In this document: piece by piece, positions 9,072 to 19,479 of the stretch
Numbering within the stretch: position 1 is the stretch's first letter
Layout of the letters: each line of letters begins with the position of its first letter
Assembly (NCBI GenBank): GCA_051648565.1
Contig: JBOFFJ010000183.1
Coordinates: 30,993-94,992 of the forward strand
Origin: Phocaeicola sp.
Lineage (GTDB): Bacteria > Bacteroidota > Bacteroidia > Bacteroidales > Bacteroidaceae
DNA length: 64,000 nucleotides
Direction: 5' to 3'
Made by a program: the position numbers and the translations under genes
The notes under the pieces: model-generated
Seen by the model: only the letters and a program-made list of their open reading frames with translations
Told to the model about the DNA's origin: nothing
Databases searched by the model: none

Positions 9072-10052
9072 TTAGATAGACAATTCGTGAAGTACTGTCA
9101 ATAAATCGGCGTCAATAGGTTTCTCTTTCTTGATGGCTTTGTTGAACGGTACATAAACAATCTCGTCGTTTTCGATACCAATCATTACGTTGCGTTGTCC
9201 ATCAAGTATGGCTTGAATACTAGCTACCCCCATGCGGCTGGCAATGATACGGTCGTGTGCCGTAGGGCGTCCACCGCGTTGTAGGTGACCTAAGATGGTT
9301 ACGCGCACATCGTATTGTGGGTACTCTTTCTTGACACGCTCTGCATAGTGCATGGCTCCTCCTGTAAGTTTACTTTCGGCTACCAATACGATACTACTAT
9401 TTTTTGATTTGCGGAATCCGTTTTTGATTACCTCCTCTAGTATATCTACTTCGGTGCTGAATTCAGGAATAATGGCTGCTTCGGCTCCACTGGCGATGGC
9501 TCCGTTTAGTGCCAAGAAACCTGCATCGCGTCCCATTACCTCTACAAAGAATAGGCGTTCGTGCGAAGTAGCTGTATCGCGTATTTTATCTACTGCATCT
9601 AGGATGGTATTGAGTGCTGTATCGTACCCAATGGTTGTATCGGTTCCGTAAAGGTCGTTGTCAATGGTTCCAGGAAGGCCAATGCAAGGTACATTGTACT
9701 CTTGGGCAAAGATGCGTGCGCCTGTTAGTGATCCATCGCCACCAATGATAACGAGTGCATCAATTCCCTCTTTTACCATGTTCTCGTGTGCAATGGCACG
9801 TCCTTCGGGAGTCATAAATTCGGCACAGCGTGCAGTTTTAAGTATGGTTCCTCCTTGCTGGATGATGTTACTAACGTTTTGTGTCTTGAACTCTTGGATT
9901 TCACCTGTAACGAGTCCTTTGTATCCTCGGAAAATTCCTTTTACCTGTAGACCATTGTAAATGGCAGCACGTGTTACTGATCGGATTGCAGCGTTCATAC
10001 CTGGTGCATCACCACCCGAGGTCAAAATACCAATGCATTTAATCGTCTCCAT
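9072..10052 (-). CDS. pfkA: ATP-dependent 6-phosphofructokinase
   Basis: [36 protein letters not shown]; start set at METIK (10052). Confidence 0.96.
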   Translation of the reverse strand: METIKCIGILTSGGDAPGMNAAIRSVTRAAIYNGLQVKGIFRGYKGLVTGEIQEFKTQNVSNIIQQGGTILKTARCAEFMTPEGRAIAHENMVKEGIDALVIIGGDGSLTGARIFAQEYNVPCIGLPGTIDNDLYGTDTTIGYDTALNTILDAVDKIRDTATSHERLFFVEVMGRDAGFLALNGAIASGAEAAIIPEFSTEVDILEEVIKNGFRKSKNSSIVLVAESKLTGGAMHYAERVKKEYPQYDVRVTILGHLQRGGRPTAHDRIIASRMGVASIQAILDGQRNVMIGIENDEIVYVPFNKAIKKEKPIDADLLTVLHELSI

Positions 10053-10126
10053 AAAATACCTGTTTTTAAGTTTTTTGAGCCGTAAAGTTAGCAATATATT
10101 ACTAAAACTACGATTCTTTATTGATT

Positions 10127-10996
10127 TTAATCTTTGTTTTGCGTAAGGAGTGCTTTTTTGCACTTCTCCATGAGCCACTTAGGGGTAGAGGTTGCCCCAC
10201 AGATTCCGATAGATAGGTTGGGGGTAAGTAGGCTGAAATCAATCTCTTCGGGTCGCTCTATAAGGTGGCTTTGGCTGTTCATTTTTTTGCACTCTTCGAA
10301 TAACACCTTCCCATTCGAGCTCTTTTTGCCCGATACGAAAAATACTAAGTCATGCTTCTTGACAAAGTCGCGAATATTGGGCATGCGGTTGGCTACTTGG
10401 CGGCAAATGGTGTCGTAGTATTTAAAGGTAGCGGTGCTGCTGATGTGGCTATTGATGTAGGCTACCACCTCTTGAAATCCATCGAGCGATTGGGTAGTTT
10501 GTGCATAGAGGCTGATATTTTTGCTAAAATCGAGCTGTTTGGCCTCTTCGAGTGAGTCGATGACGATGGCTTTGCCTGTTGTTTGCCCTACCAATCCCAA
10601 TACTTCGGCGTGTCCATTTTTGCCGTAGATCACAATTTGGGTTGTTTCTTCTTGTTGGGTAGCGCCATGCTCTTGTAGTATCTTTTTTTGGAGGCGTAGC
10701 ACTACGGGGCAGGTGGCATCAATGAGTTCGATGTTGTTTTGCTGTGCCAATTCGTAGGTTGATGGAGGTTCGCCATGTGCTCGTAGGAGTACTTTGGCAT
10801 TTTTTAATTGGGCAAACTCTTGGTGGTTGATGGTAATCAGTCCCAACTCCTTGAGTCTTTCGCACTCCTGCCCGTTGTGGACAATGTCGCCCAAGCAGTA
10901 GAGGGTGCCGCCTTTGGCTAGCTCCTCTTCTACTTTTTGGATGGCGGTAGTGACTCCAAAGCAGAATCCCGATCCGTTATCTATCTCTACTTGCAT
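10127..10996 (-). CDS. ispH: 4-hydroxy-3-methylbut-2-enyl diphosphate reductase
   Basis: GFCFGV, IVHN, RAHG, DATCP.V, DTICRQV, SSN, GATSTP; start at MQVEID (10996). Confidence 0.95.
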   Translation of the reverse strand: MQVEIDNGSGFCFGVTTAIQKVEEELAKGGTLYCLGDIVHNGQECERLKELGLITINHQEFAQLKNAKVLLRAHGEPPSTYELAQQNNIELIDATCPVVLRLQKKILQEHGATQQEETTQIVIYGKNGHAEVLGLVGQTTGKAIVIDSLEEAKQLDFSKNISLYAQTTQSLDGFQEVVAYINSHISSTATFKYYDTICRQVANRMPNIRDFVKKHDLVFFVSGKKSSNGKVLFEECKKMNSQSHLIERPEEIDFSLLTPNLSIGICGATSTPKWLMEKCKKALLTQNKD

Positions 10997-11682
10997 GTTG
11001 CGATGGTTTGTTGGAAGGTTTGGATGAGCCACGCTTTTTGCTCTGCAATGGTGAGGTTGCTATTGTCTAGCAGGATGGCATCATTGGCTTGGCGCAAGGG
11101 GCTCTCTTGGCGGTTCTCGTCTATGTAGTCACGCTCTTTTACGTTGGCTAGAATCTCTTCGTACGAGGCTTGATCTCCTTTGGCTTTTAACTCATCGTAT
11201 CGACGTTGGGCTCTCACGGGGGCCGATGCGGTGACAAATATCTTCAGTTCTGCATCGGGAAATACTACGGTGCCAATGTCGCGGCCATCCATTACGATGC
11301 CCTTTTGTTTTCCCATCTCTTGTTGTTGCTCTACTAGCTTCTCTCTCACAAAGTCGAGGGCTGCAATGGGGCTTACTCGCGAAGAGATTTCCATGCTGCG
11401 TATTTTATCTTCAATGGCTACGCCACCTAGGCAGGTGATGGGGCGTTGGGTTTCGGGGTCTAATAAGAACGAAATGTGAATGGTGGGCAGTAGCTCTTTG
11501 AGTCTCTCTACTTCAATGCCATCGTTGGTAAAGCACTCATTTTGTAGGGCAAAGAGGGTAACTGCGCGGTACATAGCACCGCTATCTATATAGATGTATC
11601 CTATTTCGCGAGCAAGGTCTTTGGCCATGGTACTTTTTCCACACGAGGAGTGTCCGTCAATGGCAATGGTAATTTTCTTCAT
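10987..11682 (-). CDS. cmk: Cytidylate kinase
   Basis: [14 protein letters not shown]-loop, [21 protein letters not shown]. Confidence 0.96.
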   Translation of the reverse strand: MKKITIAIDGHSSCGKSTMAKDLAREIGYIYIDSGAMYRAVTLFALQNECFTNDGIEVERLKELLPTIHISFLLDPETQRPITCLGGVAIEDKIRSMEISSRVSPIAALDFVREKLVEQQQEMGKQKGIVMDGRDIGTVVFPDAELKIFVTASAPVRAQRRYDELKAKGDQASYEEILANVKERDYIDENRQESPLRQANDAILLDNSNLTIAEQKAWLIQTFQQTIATCK

Positions 11683-11829
11683 ATCTATGTTACTATATGT
11701 ATAGGTGTTTATTTGAAAAACAGTTCAAATATAGAGAAAAGTTGGTTTGTTCTGTTAGCCTAAATGGTGAAAAGCATCTGATTTTGCATTTTTTTATGGC
11801 TGGGCTCTTTTCAATTAAAAGATTTGTTG

Positions 11830-11837
11830 TACATTTG
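11830..11837 (+). promoter_or_regulatory. -7 promoter element of tonB
   Basis: TACATTTG, 40 bp upstream of the ATG. Confidence 0.6.
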
Positions 11838-11876
11838 CTCACAGTGAAAACACTTTAAATTTTTAATATCATTTTT

Positions 11877-12560
11877 ATGGAAGTTAAAAAATCTCCCCAA
11901 GCGGACCTCGAAGGAAAAAAGACCACGTGGACGCTTCTTGGTTTTATCTTCATCTTATCGATTTTGATTGTAGCCTTCGAATGGACTGAAAGCGACAAAC
12001 AAGTATCGGCAGATTCAGGTATCACCGAAGTCTTTTTTGAAGAAGAAATTGTGCCTATTACAGAGCAAGAAGAGCTGAAAACGCCTCCTCCACCCGAAGC
12101 ACCTCCCGTAGAAGAGGTACTTGAAATCGTAGAAAATGATGCGAAGGTAGAAGAGAGTACGATTCAAGCTTCTGAAGAGACTGGACAAGCTGTAGAGGTA
12201 AAACATATTCCTGTACAAGTAGAGGAAGAAGAGGTAGAAGAGCAACAAATCTTCCAAGTGGTAGAAGAGATGCCTGAATTCCCTGGTGGTATGGGCGAAT
12301 GTTTGAAGTTCTTGGCTAAAAACATGAAATACCCAACTATCTCTCAAGAAAATGGTGTACAAGGTCGTGTAATTGTACAATTTGTTGTAAACCAAGATGG
12401 TTCTATCGTTGACCCCGTGGTTGTACGTAGTGTAGACCCTTACTTGGATAGAGAAGCACTTCGTGTAATTGCTTTGATGCCTAAATGGAAACCTGGTAAA
12501 CAACGTGGTAAAGCTGTACGTGTAAAATATACCGTACCTGTAACGTTTAAACTACAGTAA
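11877..12560 (+). CDS. tonB: Energy transducer TonB
   Basis: N-terminal TM, Pro/Glu-rich linker, C-terminal TonB domain (MPEFPGG...YP...GVQGRV.VQFVV..DG...WKPGKQRGK.VRV). Confidence 0.93.
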   Translation: MEVKKSPQADLEGKKTTWTLLGFIFILSILIVAFEWTESDKQVSADSGITEVFFEEEIVPITEQEELKTPPPPEAPPVEEVLEIVENDAKVEESTIQASEETGQAVEVKHIPVQVEEEEVEEQQIFQVVEEMPEFPGGMGECLKFLAKNMKYPTISQENGVQGRVIVQFVVNQDGSIVDPVVVRSVDPYLDREALRVIALMPKWKPGKQRGKAVRVKYTVPVTFKLQ

Positions 12561-12581
12561 TACTCCTTATTACATATAAAG

Positions 12582-12614
12582 AAAAAGAGGCTGCTTTTAA
12601 AGTAGCCTCTTTTC
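12582..12614 (+). terminator. Intrinsic terminator after tonB
   Basis: AAAAGAGGCTGCTTT/AAAGTAGCCTCTTTT hairpin. Confidence 0.7.
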
Positions 12615-12760
12615 TGTTCACTTCCACTCTATTTCTCACCCGCTTCGCTTTCTGTGCCTTTCGAGAAGAAAACCTCACTCTCTGGTAGCTTCTTTAGAAA
12701 GAGCCTTGCTGGTGGAAAAGAGAAACTCGATGTCTTATCTTTTATAATAGCTCCCTATTT

Positions 12761-13741
12761 ATGTCTACGATTTCTGCATCTCAATTACTAAATGAGGTAA
12801 ATGGTTATTTGCAAACCATCTCCTATGTGCGCCAGCCACAACAGCTCTATGCACCCATTGAATATATACTCGCTTTGGGTGGTAAACGTATCCGTCCTGT
12901 ACTTATGCTATTGGCCTATAATCTCTATAAAGAGGATGTAAAGGCTATTCTTCCGCAAGCTTTGGCTATTGAAACGTACCACAATCACACGTTGTTGCAT
13001 GACGATTTGATGGATCATGCCGATGTACGACGGGGTAAGCCAACGGTACATAAGGTGTGGGATGAGAATACGGCTATTCTTTCGGGCGATACCATGTTGC
13101 TACTCTCTTACCGTTTGTTGGGGGAGTGTAACCCTGCCTATTTGCCAGCTGTTTTATCGCTTTTTACCGAGACTAATATCGAAATATGCGAAGGGCAGCA
13201 GTGGGATATGGAGTTTGAAACACGTCAAGATGTGACGGTGGTGGAGTATATGGAGATGATTCGACTCAAAACATCGGTGCTTGTAGCTACCTCTTTGAAA
13301 ATGGGGGCTATACTGGGCGATGCTTCGCCAGCCGATGCGGAAGCACTTTACCAATTTGGTATTCAAATGGGGTTGGGCTTTCAATTGCAGGATGACTACT
13401 TGGATGTATATGGTGATGCTGCTGTTTTTGGTAAGAACATTGGAGGAGATATTTTGTGTAACAAAAAAACCTTTATGCTCATTACGGCACTGGCTAGATG
13501 CAACGAGGAGCAACGACAACGATTGACGCAGTGGTTAGATGCGGTAGCCTATGTTCCGCAGGAGAAGATTGCTGCGGTAACCGCTCTTTACAACGAATTG
13601 GGAATAAAAGCGTGCTGCAAAGCCGAGATTGAGGCCTATTACAACCGTGGGTTCGCCATACTCGATGCGATAGATATGCCCCAAGAGCGCAAGGCCGAGT
13701 TGCGCCAGTTTGTTTCCAACCTTATTAATAGAGATGTATGA
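12761..13741 (+). CDS. Polyprenyl diphosphate synthase (IspA/IspB family)
   Basis: GGKRIRP, first Asp-rich motif LHDDLMD..RRG, GQQWD, KT, second motif FQLQDDYLD. Confidence 0.93.
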   Translation: MSTISASQLLNEVNGYLQTISYVRQPQQLYAPIEYILALGGKRIRPVLMLLAYNLYKEDVKAILPQALAIETYHNHTLLHDDLMDHADVRRGKPTVHKVWDENTAILSGDTMLLLSYRLLGECNPAYLPAVLSLFTETNIEICEGQQWDMEFETRQDVTVVEYMEMIRLKTSVLVATSLKMGAILGDASPADAEALYQFGIQMGLGFQLQDDYLDVYGDAAVFGKNIGGDILCNKKTFMLITALARCNEEQRQRLTQWLDAVAYVPQEKIAAVTALYNELGIKACCKAEIEAYYNRGFAILDAIDMPQERKAELRQFVSNLINRDV

Positions 13742-14511
13742 TGTTAATTGATACCCATACACACCTTTTTGCCGAAGAGTTTGCCGAAGATTTGGATCTT
13801 GTTATAGCGCGTGCGCAAGAGGCAGGTGTTCAAAAGCTCTTTCTCCCTAATATTGACGAGGATTCGGTAGAGCCTATGTTGAAGGTTTGCAATGCTTATC
13901 CTACTTGCTGTTTCCCCACCATTGGGCTACATCCCACTTCGGTAGGTAAAGATTATAAGGAAAAGTTGGCTCATTTGCATACCTATTTAACGCAGTCGCA
14001 CCCTTTTGTAGCCATTGGCGAGGTAGGATTGGACCTTTATTGGGACAAAACCTATGCCAAAGAGCAGGAGACAGCCTTGCATACCCAAATAGGTTGGGCT
14101 TTGGAGTATGATTTGCCCTTGGTTATTCACTGTCGCGAGGCTTATCCCGAGTTGTTAGCCTTGCTTGAGCAGTACAAAAAAGAGCCATTAAGTGGCGTTT
14201 TTCATAGTTTTGGCGAGTGTGTTGAGGTGGCTCAACAGTTATTAGAGTATCCTCGTTTCTTTCTCGGAATTAATGGAACTGTAACATTTAAGAAATCTAC
14301 CTTGCCCGAAACCTTGAAACAGCTCCCTTTGGATAGACTGGTACTAGAAACGGATTCGCCCTATTTGTCGCCTATGCCTTTTAGAGGGCGCAGAAACGAG
14401 AGTGGCCATGTGCAGTATGTGGCACAGAAGCTGAGTGATATTTACGAGGTCTCTCCAGAGGTAGTAGCTGCTGTAACCAGTGCAAATGGTACAAAACTGT
14501 TCAAAATGTAA
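13738..14511 (+). CDS. tatD: TatD family metal-dependent nuclease/hydrolase
   Basis: IDTHTH, GLHP, AIGEVGLD, IHCR, FHSF, LETDSPY. Confidence 0.93.
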   Translation: MMLIDTHTHLFAEEFAEDLDLVIARAQEAGVQKLFLPNIDEDSVEPMLKVCNAYPTCCFPTIGLHPTSVGKDYKEKLAHLHTYLTQSHPFVAIGEVGLDLYWDKTYAKEQETALHTQIGWALEYDLPLVIHCREAYPELLALLEQYKKEPLSGVFHSFGECVEVAQQLLEYPRFFLGINGTVTFKKSTLPETLKQLPLDRLVLETDSPYLSPMPFRGRRNESGHVQYVAQKLSDIYEVSPEVVAAVTSANGTKLFKM

Positions 14512-14693
14512 AGATAACCCTTTAAAATATATTAATTTCAAGTTGTATGCTTCAATATAGCTGATAGGAAAAACTTGTTCAATGAAAAAAAAGGGTACAT
14601 TTGTGACCGTAAATGCTTGCTATTATCGATTTTCTTCGTAATTTGCACCCGATTTAACAGATGGGGAAGAAAAAAGAGGTAGCCTACTGTCAA

Positions 14694-14781
14694 GGAGAGA
14701 TGCTCGAGTGGTTGAAGAGGCACGCCTGGAAAGCGTGTATACGCCAAAAGCGTATCGCGGGTTCGAATCCCGCTCTCTCCG
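14694..14781 (+). tRNA. tRNA-Ser (anticodon GGA)
   Basis: GGAGAGA/TCTCTCC acceptor stem, anticodon arm CACGC-CTGGAAA-GCGTG, long variable arm, GGGTTCGAATCCC T-arm; CCA not encoded. Confidence 0.96.
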
Positions 14782-14857
14782 CTGTGTAATACAGAGAAGA
14801 AATAAAAAACAAAAATAAAAACAATTAATTATTTAATCTTAAAAAATTAGACACACA

Positions 14858-15616
14858 ATGAAAAAGTTATTTGCAATTCTTGCAGTGATGGGAGTCCTTA
14901 CTTTAGGATCTGTACAACCAGCTATGGCACAAGAAGAGACCGCTCAAACAGAACAAGTGGTAGTAGAAGAGGGTGGTGGCCTTCACAAAGAGTTAAAAAC
15001 TAAGTATATTGAGGGGGGTGCTGACTTTATGTCATTGGTATCTATCGCATTGGTTTTAGGTTTGGCTTTCTGTATTGAACGTATCATCTATTTGAATCTT
15101 GCTGAAGTAAATACTAAAAAATTGATGGAAAGTATCGAAGCTTCTTTGGAAAAAGGAGATCTTGAAGGTGCTAAAACAGTATGTCGTAACACTCGTGGTC
15201 CTGTAGCTTCTATCTGTTACCAAGGTTTGATGCGTGTAGACGAAGGTTTGGACGTAGTAGAACGTTCTGTAGTATCTTACGGTGGTGTACAAGCTGGTTA
15301 CCTTGAAAAAGGATGTTCTTGGATCACACTATTTATCGCGATGGCTCCATCTTTGGGTTTCTTGGGTACTGTAATCGGTATGGTTATGGCATTTGATAAA
15401 ATCCAACAAGCGGGTGATATCTCTCCTACAGTAGTAGCAGGTGGTATGAAAGTTGCCTTGATTACAACAATCTTCGGTTTGGTTGTAGCTTTGATTCTTC
15501 AAGTATTCTACAACTATATTCTTTCTAAAATTGAAGCTATCACAAGCCAAATGGAAGACTCTTCTATTACATTGCTTGATATGGTTATGAAATACAACTT
15601 GAAATTCAAAAAATAG
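14858..15616 (+). CDS. exbB: MotA/TolQ/ExbB proton channel protein
   Basis: APSLGFLGTVIGM, GGMKVALITT..GL motifs; 3 TM segments. Confidence 0.92.
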   Translation: MKKLFAILAVMGVLTLGSVQPAMAQEETAQTEQVVVEEGGGLHKELKTKYIEGGADFMSLVSIALVLGLAFCIERIIYLNLAEVNTKKLMESIEASLEKGDLEGAKTVCRNTRGPVASICYQGLMRVDEGLDVVERSVVSYGGVQAGYLEKGCSWITLFIAMAPSLGFLGTVIGMVMAFDKIQQAGDISPTVVAGGMKVALITTIFGLVVALILQVFYNYILSKIEAITSQMEDSSITLLDMVMKYNLKFKK

Positions 15617-15623
15617 ATAGAAT

Positions 15624-16082
15624 ATGACAAAGTTATCATATAGAGTATCTTACTATGTATTATATGCTTGTATCGCACTTCTTTTTGTGGTATTTGGTGT
15701 CTTCTATACTGTAGGATATCATAATATTGTTGGAGAATATAATTTCCCAGAACATACTGAAACTCTTATGTATTTTATGTATGCTATGTTGGGTGTATGT
15801 GTTGTAGCAACCCTTTTAGGGGCTTTTGCACAGTTTCTTGCAGCATTAAGAGACAATCCTAAGGGTGCTATCAAATCATTAGTTGGTATTGTACTGTTTG
15901 GTGCTGTTCTACTAGTAGCCTATAACATGGGATCTACTGAGCCAATTATGACTGGTGATGGTCTTTTTACAGATGCAGTTGATTTAAAAGTTACTGACAT
16001 GATGATTTATGCTATCTACTTCTTGTTGATGGTAGCATCTGCTGGTACGCTTGTAAACCTATCAGGTATCTTTAAGAGATAA
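15624..16082 (+). CDS. Conserved 4-TM membrane protein of the Bacteroidetes exbB-exbD operon
   Basis: Four hydrophobic segments; co-oriented between exbB and exbD. Confidence 0.75.
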   Translation: MTKLSYRVSYYVLYACIALLFVVFGVFYTVGYHNIVGEYNFPEHTETLMYFMYAMLGVCVVATLLGAFAQFLAALRDNPKGAIKSLVGIVLFGAVLLVAYNMGSTEPIMTGDGLFTDAVDLKVTDMMIYAIYFLLMVASAGTLVNLSGIFKR

Positions 16083-16118
16083 TAGTATCACATTAGTAAA
16101 AAAAAAAAAGAGTAAATA

Positions 16119-16712
16119 ATGGCAGGAAAAAAAAGAGTGATGCCTGGAATCAATTCCAGCTCAACAGCCGATATTGCCTTTATGTTGCTTATTTTCTTCC
16201 TAACGACAACATCAATGGATACCGACCGCGGTTTGGCAAGACGTTTGCCACAACCACCGGAAAAGGAGCAAACTAAAGATGACAACATTATCGTGAAGGA
16301 ACGTAATGTACTCCAAGTTCGCCTTAACAAGGATAATATGATTATGTGCGGACAGGATTATGTGGAAATTAAGCAATTAAGAGATAAAGCAAAAGAGTTT
16401 ATTGCTAATCCGTATGATGATGAAAATCTTCCTGAAAAACATAGAAAAGAGATTATCTTGTTGGGAGATTGTATGATTACTGAGAAGCACGTTATTTCTG
16501 TACAAACAGACGTTGGTACAAGTTATGATGTTTACTTTCAGGCTCAGAATGAGTTGATTGCTGCATACAATGAGTTGAGAGACGAGTTGGCAAAATCAAA
16601 ATTTGGAACATCTTATATTTCATGTAACGAAGACCAACAGAAAGCGATACGTGATTTCTATCCACAAAAGATTTCTGAAGCTGAACCTAAAAAATATGGA
16701 GGCAAGAAGTAA
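16119..16712 (+). CDS. exbD: Biopolymer transporter ExbD/TolR family
   Basis: N-terminal TM with SSTADIAFMLLIFFL (conserved Asp). Confidence 0.9.
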   Translation: MAGKKRVMPGINSSSTADIAFMLLIFFLTTTSMDTDRGLARRLPQPPEKEQTKDDNIIVKERNVLQVRLNKDNMIMCGQDYVEIKQLRDKAKEFIANPYDDENLPEKHRKEIILLGDCMITEKHVISVQTDVGTSYDVYFQAQNELIAAYNELRDELAKSKFGTSYISCNEDQQKAIRDFYPQKISEAEPKKYGGKK

Positions 16713-17176
16713 TGGGAAAATTTAATAAAACGGGAAAACGTGGAATGCCCGAGTTGAATACCTCATCTCTACCTGACTTGATCTTCACCATGTTGTTCTT
16801 CTTTATGATTGTAACAACCATGCGTGAGGTAACCTTAAAGGTTCAATTTCAGGTACCACAAGGTACTGAGCTCGAAAAATTGGAAAAGAAATCATTGGTA
16901 ACATTTATCTATATTGGTAAGCCAATGCCTGAGTTCCAAAAGAAGATGGGTGCTGAAAGTCGTATTCAGTTAAACGATAAATTTGAAGATGTAGGTGCCG
17001 TTCAGGACTATATTACTCAAGAGCGTTTGAATATGAAAGAAGAGGATCAACCCTTTATGACAGTTTCGTTGAAGGTCGATAAAGAGACTAAAATGGGTGT
17101 TGTAACGGATGTGAAACAAGCACTTCGTCAAGCGTATGCTTTAAGAATTAACTACTCTGCTACAGATCGTCAGTAG
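16712..17176 (+). CDS. exbD: Biopolymer transporter ExbD/TolR family (second copy)
   Basis: TSSLPDLIFTMLFFFM TM motif; VSLKVDKETKMG.V.DV. Confidence 0.9.
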   Translation: MGKFNKTGKRGMPELNTSSLPDLIFTMLFFFMIVTTMREVTLKVQFQVPQGTELEKLEKKSLVTFIYIGKPMPEFQKKMGAESRIQLNDKFEDVGAVQDYITQERLNMKEEDQPFMTVSLKVDKETKMGVVTDVKQALRQAYALRINYSATDRQ

Positions 17177-17189
17177 TTTAATCCATACT

Positions 17190-17226
17190 AAAAAAGAGAT
17201 TGCAAAACTGCAATCTCTTTTTTTTT
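17190..17226. terminator. Bidirectional terminator between exbD and the convergent accessory locus
   Basis: AAAAAAGAGATTGCA-AAAC-TGCAATCTCTTTTTTTTT. Confidence 0.85.
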
Positions 17227-17345
17227 GGCTTTAATGAGTAGTAAATGCTTTTGAATACTTTTCCTCGTTATGAATAGGAGAATGATTTTAGAGAGGAACA
17301 ATCCTCTCTTTTTTTGTTTATCGAACGTTTTAAGTAGGGTGATTC

Positions 17346-18230
17346 TTAATAGAAATCTGAGATGGCATTTGCAGCCATTTGTGTGTAGCTATGTGCTACG
17401 CCTGGTACTTCTCTCTTCTCCCAGTTAAAGTTGCCATACTCGGCTCCTAAAGTGGATGAATGCTCCCAAAAGTAAAGCCCTCTTTCGTATCGATGCAGCC
17501 CTTGTTTATCTGTCTCTGGCGAATGATTTAAGTTGGCATCATTGGGATTGGTATCATTCTGCCCCAGTTGTAGAATCAGCTGATTGCTCAGTGCCTTTTT
17601 AATCTTAGTCACATTGCTTGGCGAATCTTTGAGTCCGTAGGGGAACTCCACCTCCCAGTCAGGAACGGTATACCACCCTGCATTGGCGGAGATGGCTTGG
17701 CCAATGGGGGCATCGGGTTTGAATAGGAGGTAGCGATGTACAAACTGTGCACCTGCCGAATGTCCCCACATGTCATAACTGGTGGGCTGGATGGAGAGCT
17801 CTTGGCAGATGTATTGAAACAGCGGTTCAATGAGGGAGAAGGTCCACTCTGCTTCTGTTTTTTCTTTCTTATTCAGAAACATGCCTCCTTCGATGTAATC
17901 GGCAGAGGGATAAAACTTGGTGGAGAATTCGAGTGCGAAGAGTAGAATCCCTTTCTTGTCGGCTCCTGCTTTCCAAGCTTCGAGGTAGTCATCTGCATTT
18001 CTGTTTACTCCGGGAAAAAGGAATAGGATGGGCATCTTGCTTATATCTCCTTTGGGAATGTAGTAGTGTACCTGAACAGGTTTTTGTGCCAATGGCTGGT
18101 ATTTGTTGTAGGTTACTACTCCTGTGCCTTGCTGAAAGATTTCACTGTTGCCCTCTTCCATGGGATCACCTCCCCAGCAGCTTGTCAAGGCAAGCAGCAT
18201 GAGGAGGTGAGCTAATTGGGTTATTTTCAT
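17346..18230 (-). CDS. Lipoprotein alpha/beta-hydrolase (serine hydrolase; possibly poly(aspartate) hydrolase PahZ1-like)
   Basis: Lipobox LTSC, nucleophile elbow GHSAG(AQFVHR), ANAGWY, candidate Asp in GQNDT and His in GVAH; the PahZ1 resemblance is recalled, not computed. Confidence 0.75.
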   Translation of the reverse strand: MKITQLAHLLMLLALTSCWGGDPMEEGNSEIFQQGTGVVTYNKYQPLAQKPVQVHYYIPKGDISKMPILFLFPGVNRNADDYLEAWKAGADKKGILLFALEFSTKFYPSADYIEGGMFLNKKEKTEAEWTFSLIEPLFQYICQELSIQPTSYDMWGHSAGAQFVHRYLLFKPDAPIGQAISANAGWYTVPDWEVEFPYGLKDSPSNVTKIKKALSNQLILQLGQNDTNPNDANLNHSPETDKQGLHRYERGLYFWEHSSTLGAEYGNFNWEKREVPGVAHSYTQMAANAISDFY

Positions 18231-18239
18231 GATCTAGTG

Positions 18240-19451
18240 TTAGAATACAATGTGGGTGTTAATGCCTACCGAAAAGAGTTTATTCTCTTTGTCAAGGTCT
18301 GAGTAGTTTTCGTATTGTCCTACTAGTTGCAACTTAAGGCGGTTGTCAATGATGTATTTGGCTACACCAAAGCTTATTCCGTCAGTTTTCTTTATGAGAC
18401 TTTGCTTCTCTCTCCACTCTGGCGTCAGATGGCTGTATCTAACATCAATGGCCCAGTTCTTCGGGAAAAGGTATCCCGCTTGTGCACTGATGCCACTACC
18501 TAGTACCAAGTAATCGGCTATTTGGGTAGGTTGAAGTTTAGAGCTGGAGCTGGTTGTCAAGTGGAGATTGTCTAGGTTGCGGGCCCAAGCATCTACATAC
18601 TCTGTTAGGAAGGTAAATCCTTGGTACTTGAACATCAAGTTGAGTGACATCTTGATGTAGTCGGGAAATGCTTTCTTGCCAGTTGCATCGTACATCATAA
18701 AGTTGCCATGTCCCTCACCAATGGCATCACTTGCTCCACGGTTGTAGCTATACGATCCCCCAATAAGTAATTTAGGGGTTTTCTCGCGCGCAAAGTCGGT
18801 ATCGGTTAGGTGATTCCCTTCTGCGAAGAAGCCCATTGGATAAAAGGTGGCTTGCGCACTGTACTTTAATCCTCCTAAATCGAAATCGGTAGATGAGCTA
18901 CCAAAGGAGTTAATTCCATCTCCAGTAGTGACAGCTACCCCTAGGTCGAATCCTGTTTTTTGTAGAGGAAGGCGTGTCTCTACAAAGAGTCCTAGTTCGC
19001 GTCCTGTATTGTAAAAAGTACGGTTGGTTAAGCTTCTATTTCCCAGTGCTAAGGCTTGATCATAAAACATCATGGAGCGTGTACCCGAAAAGGATTGTTT
19101 TTGACCGACACTGATGGATAGGTTCTTTAATGGATTGTAGCCAATCCATGCATCTAGTAGTGGATACGAACGGGTGAAATCCATTTGAAGCTGAAACGTA
19201 AACTGTTCATCATTCAGTCCACCACTTAGGCCTAGATAGGCACGGTTAATGTCGAATCGGTATTCGGCATCTGTTCCTTTGAGTTCTGAATAGGCTCCTC
19301 CTGCCTGAACAAAGCCACCTACATTGAAATAGTGTTTCCCTTTGTTGAGTTCTACCGTTAATCCATTTCCTAATTGGAAGTTGGTGCGACTGTTTTGTGC
19401 CAACGCACCCATTGCAAATGTTGCAAATAGTATAGTTATAATTTTTTTCAT
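18240..19451 (-). CDS. Outer-membrane porin, OprO/OprP (phosphate-selective porin)-like
   Basis: Signal peptide, alternating beta-strand pattern, RFDINRAYL, SVGQKQSF, GRELG motifs, C-terminal Phe. Confidence 0.75.
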   Translation of the reverse strand: MKKIITILFATFAMGALAQNSRTNFQLGNGLTVELNKGKHYFNVGGFVQAGGAYSELKGTDAEYRFDINRAYLGLSGGLNDEQFTFQLQMDFTRSYPLLDAWIGYNPLKNLSISVGQKQSFSGTRSMMFYDQALALGNRSLTNRTFYNTGRELGLFVETRLPLQKTGFDLGVAVTTGDGINSFGSSSTDFDLGGLKYSAQATFYPMGFFAEGNHLTDTDFAREKTPKLLIGGSYSYNRGASDAIGEGHGNFMMYDATGKKAFPDYIKMSLNLMFKYQGFTFLTEYVDAWARNLDNLHLTTSSSSKLQPTQIADYLVLGSGISAQAGYLFPKNWAIDVRYSHLTPEWREKQSLIKKTDGISFGVAKYIIDNRLKLQLVGQYENYSDLDKENKLFSVGINTHIVF

Positions 19452-19479
19452 ATCCTTTATGTCTGTAAGATGTTTGACA

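Noticed and set aside
9072-10178. N-terminal extensions given by the ORF track (pfkA, ispH, hydE, porin 22452, asnC, scaffold 37540, acyltransferase 50074, GH109 59973, GH2 63617)
   Set aside because: They overlap neighbouring genes or promoters; downstream ATGs fit family N-termini better
14694-14781. tRNA-Ser as an integration site for the accessory locus at 17.3-28.3 kb
   Set aside because: It is followed directly by the conserved exbB/exbD operon; no integrase and no duplicated tRNA 3' end seen
16098-16109. A12 tract before exbD (also T10 at 57245-57254 before nanA) as a phase-variation site
   Set aside because: Non-coding, and A-rich stretches are the normal Bacteroidetes translation-initiation context; no evidence of switching
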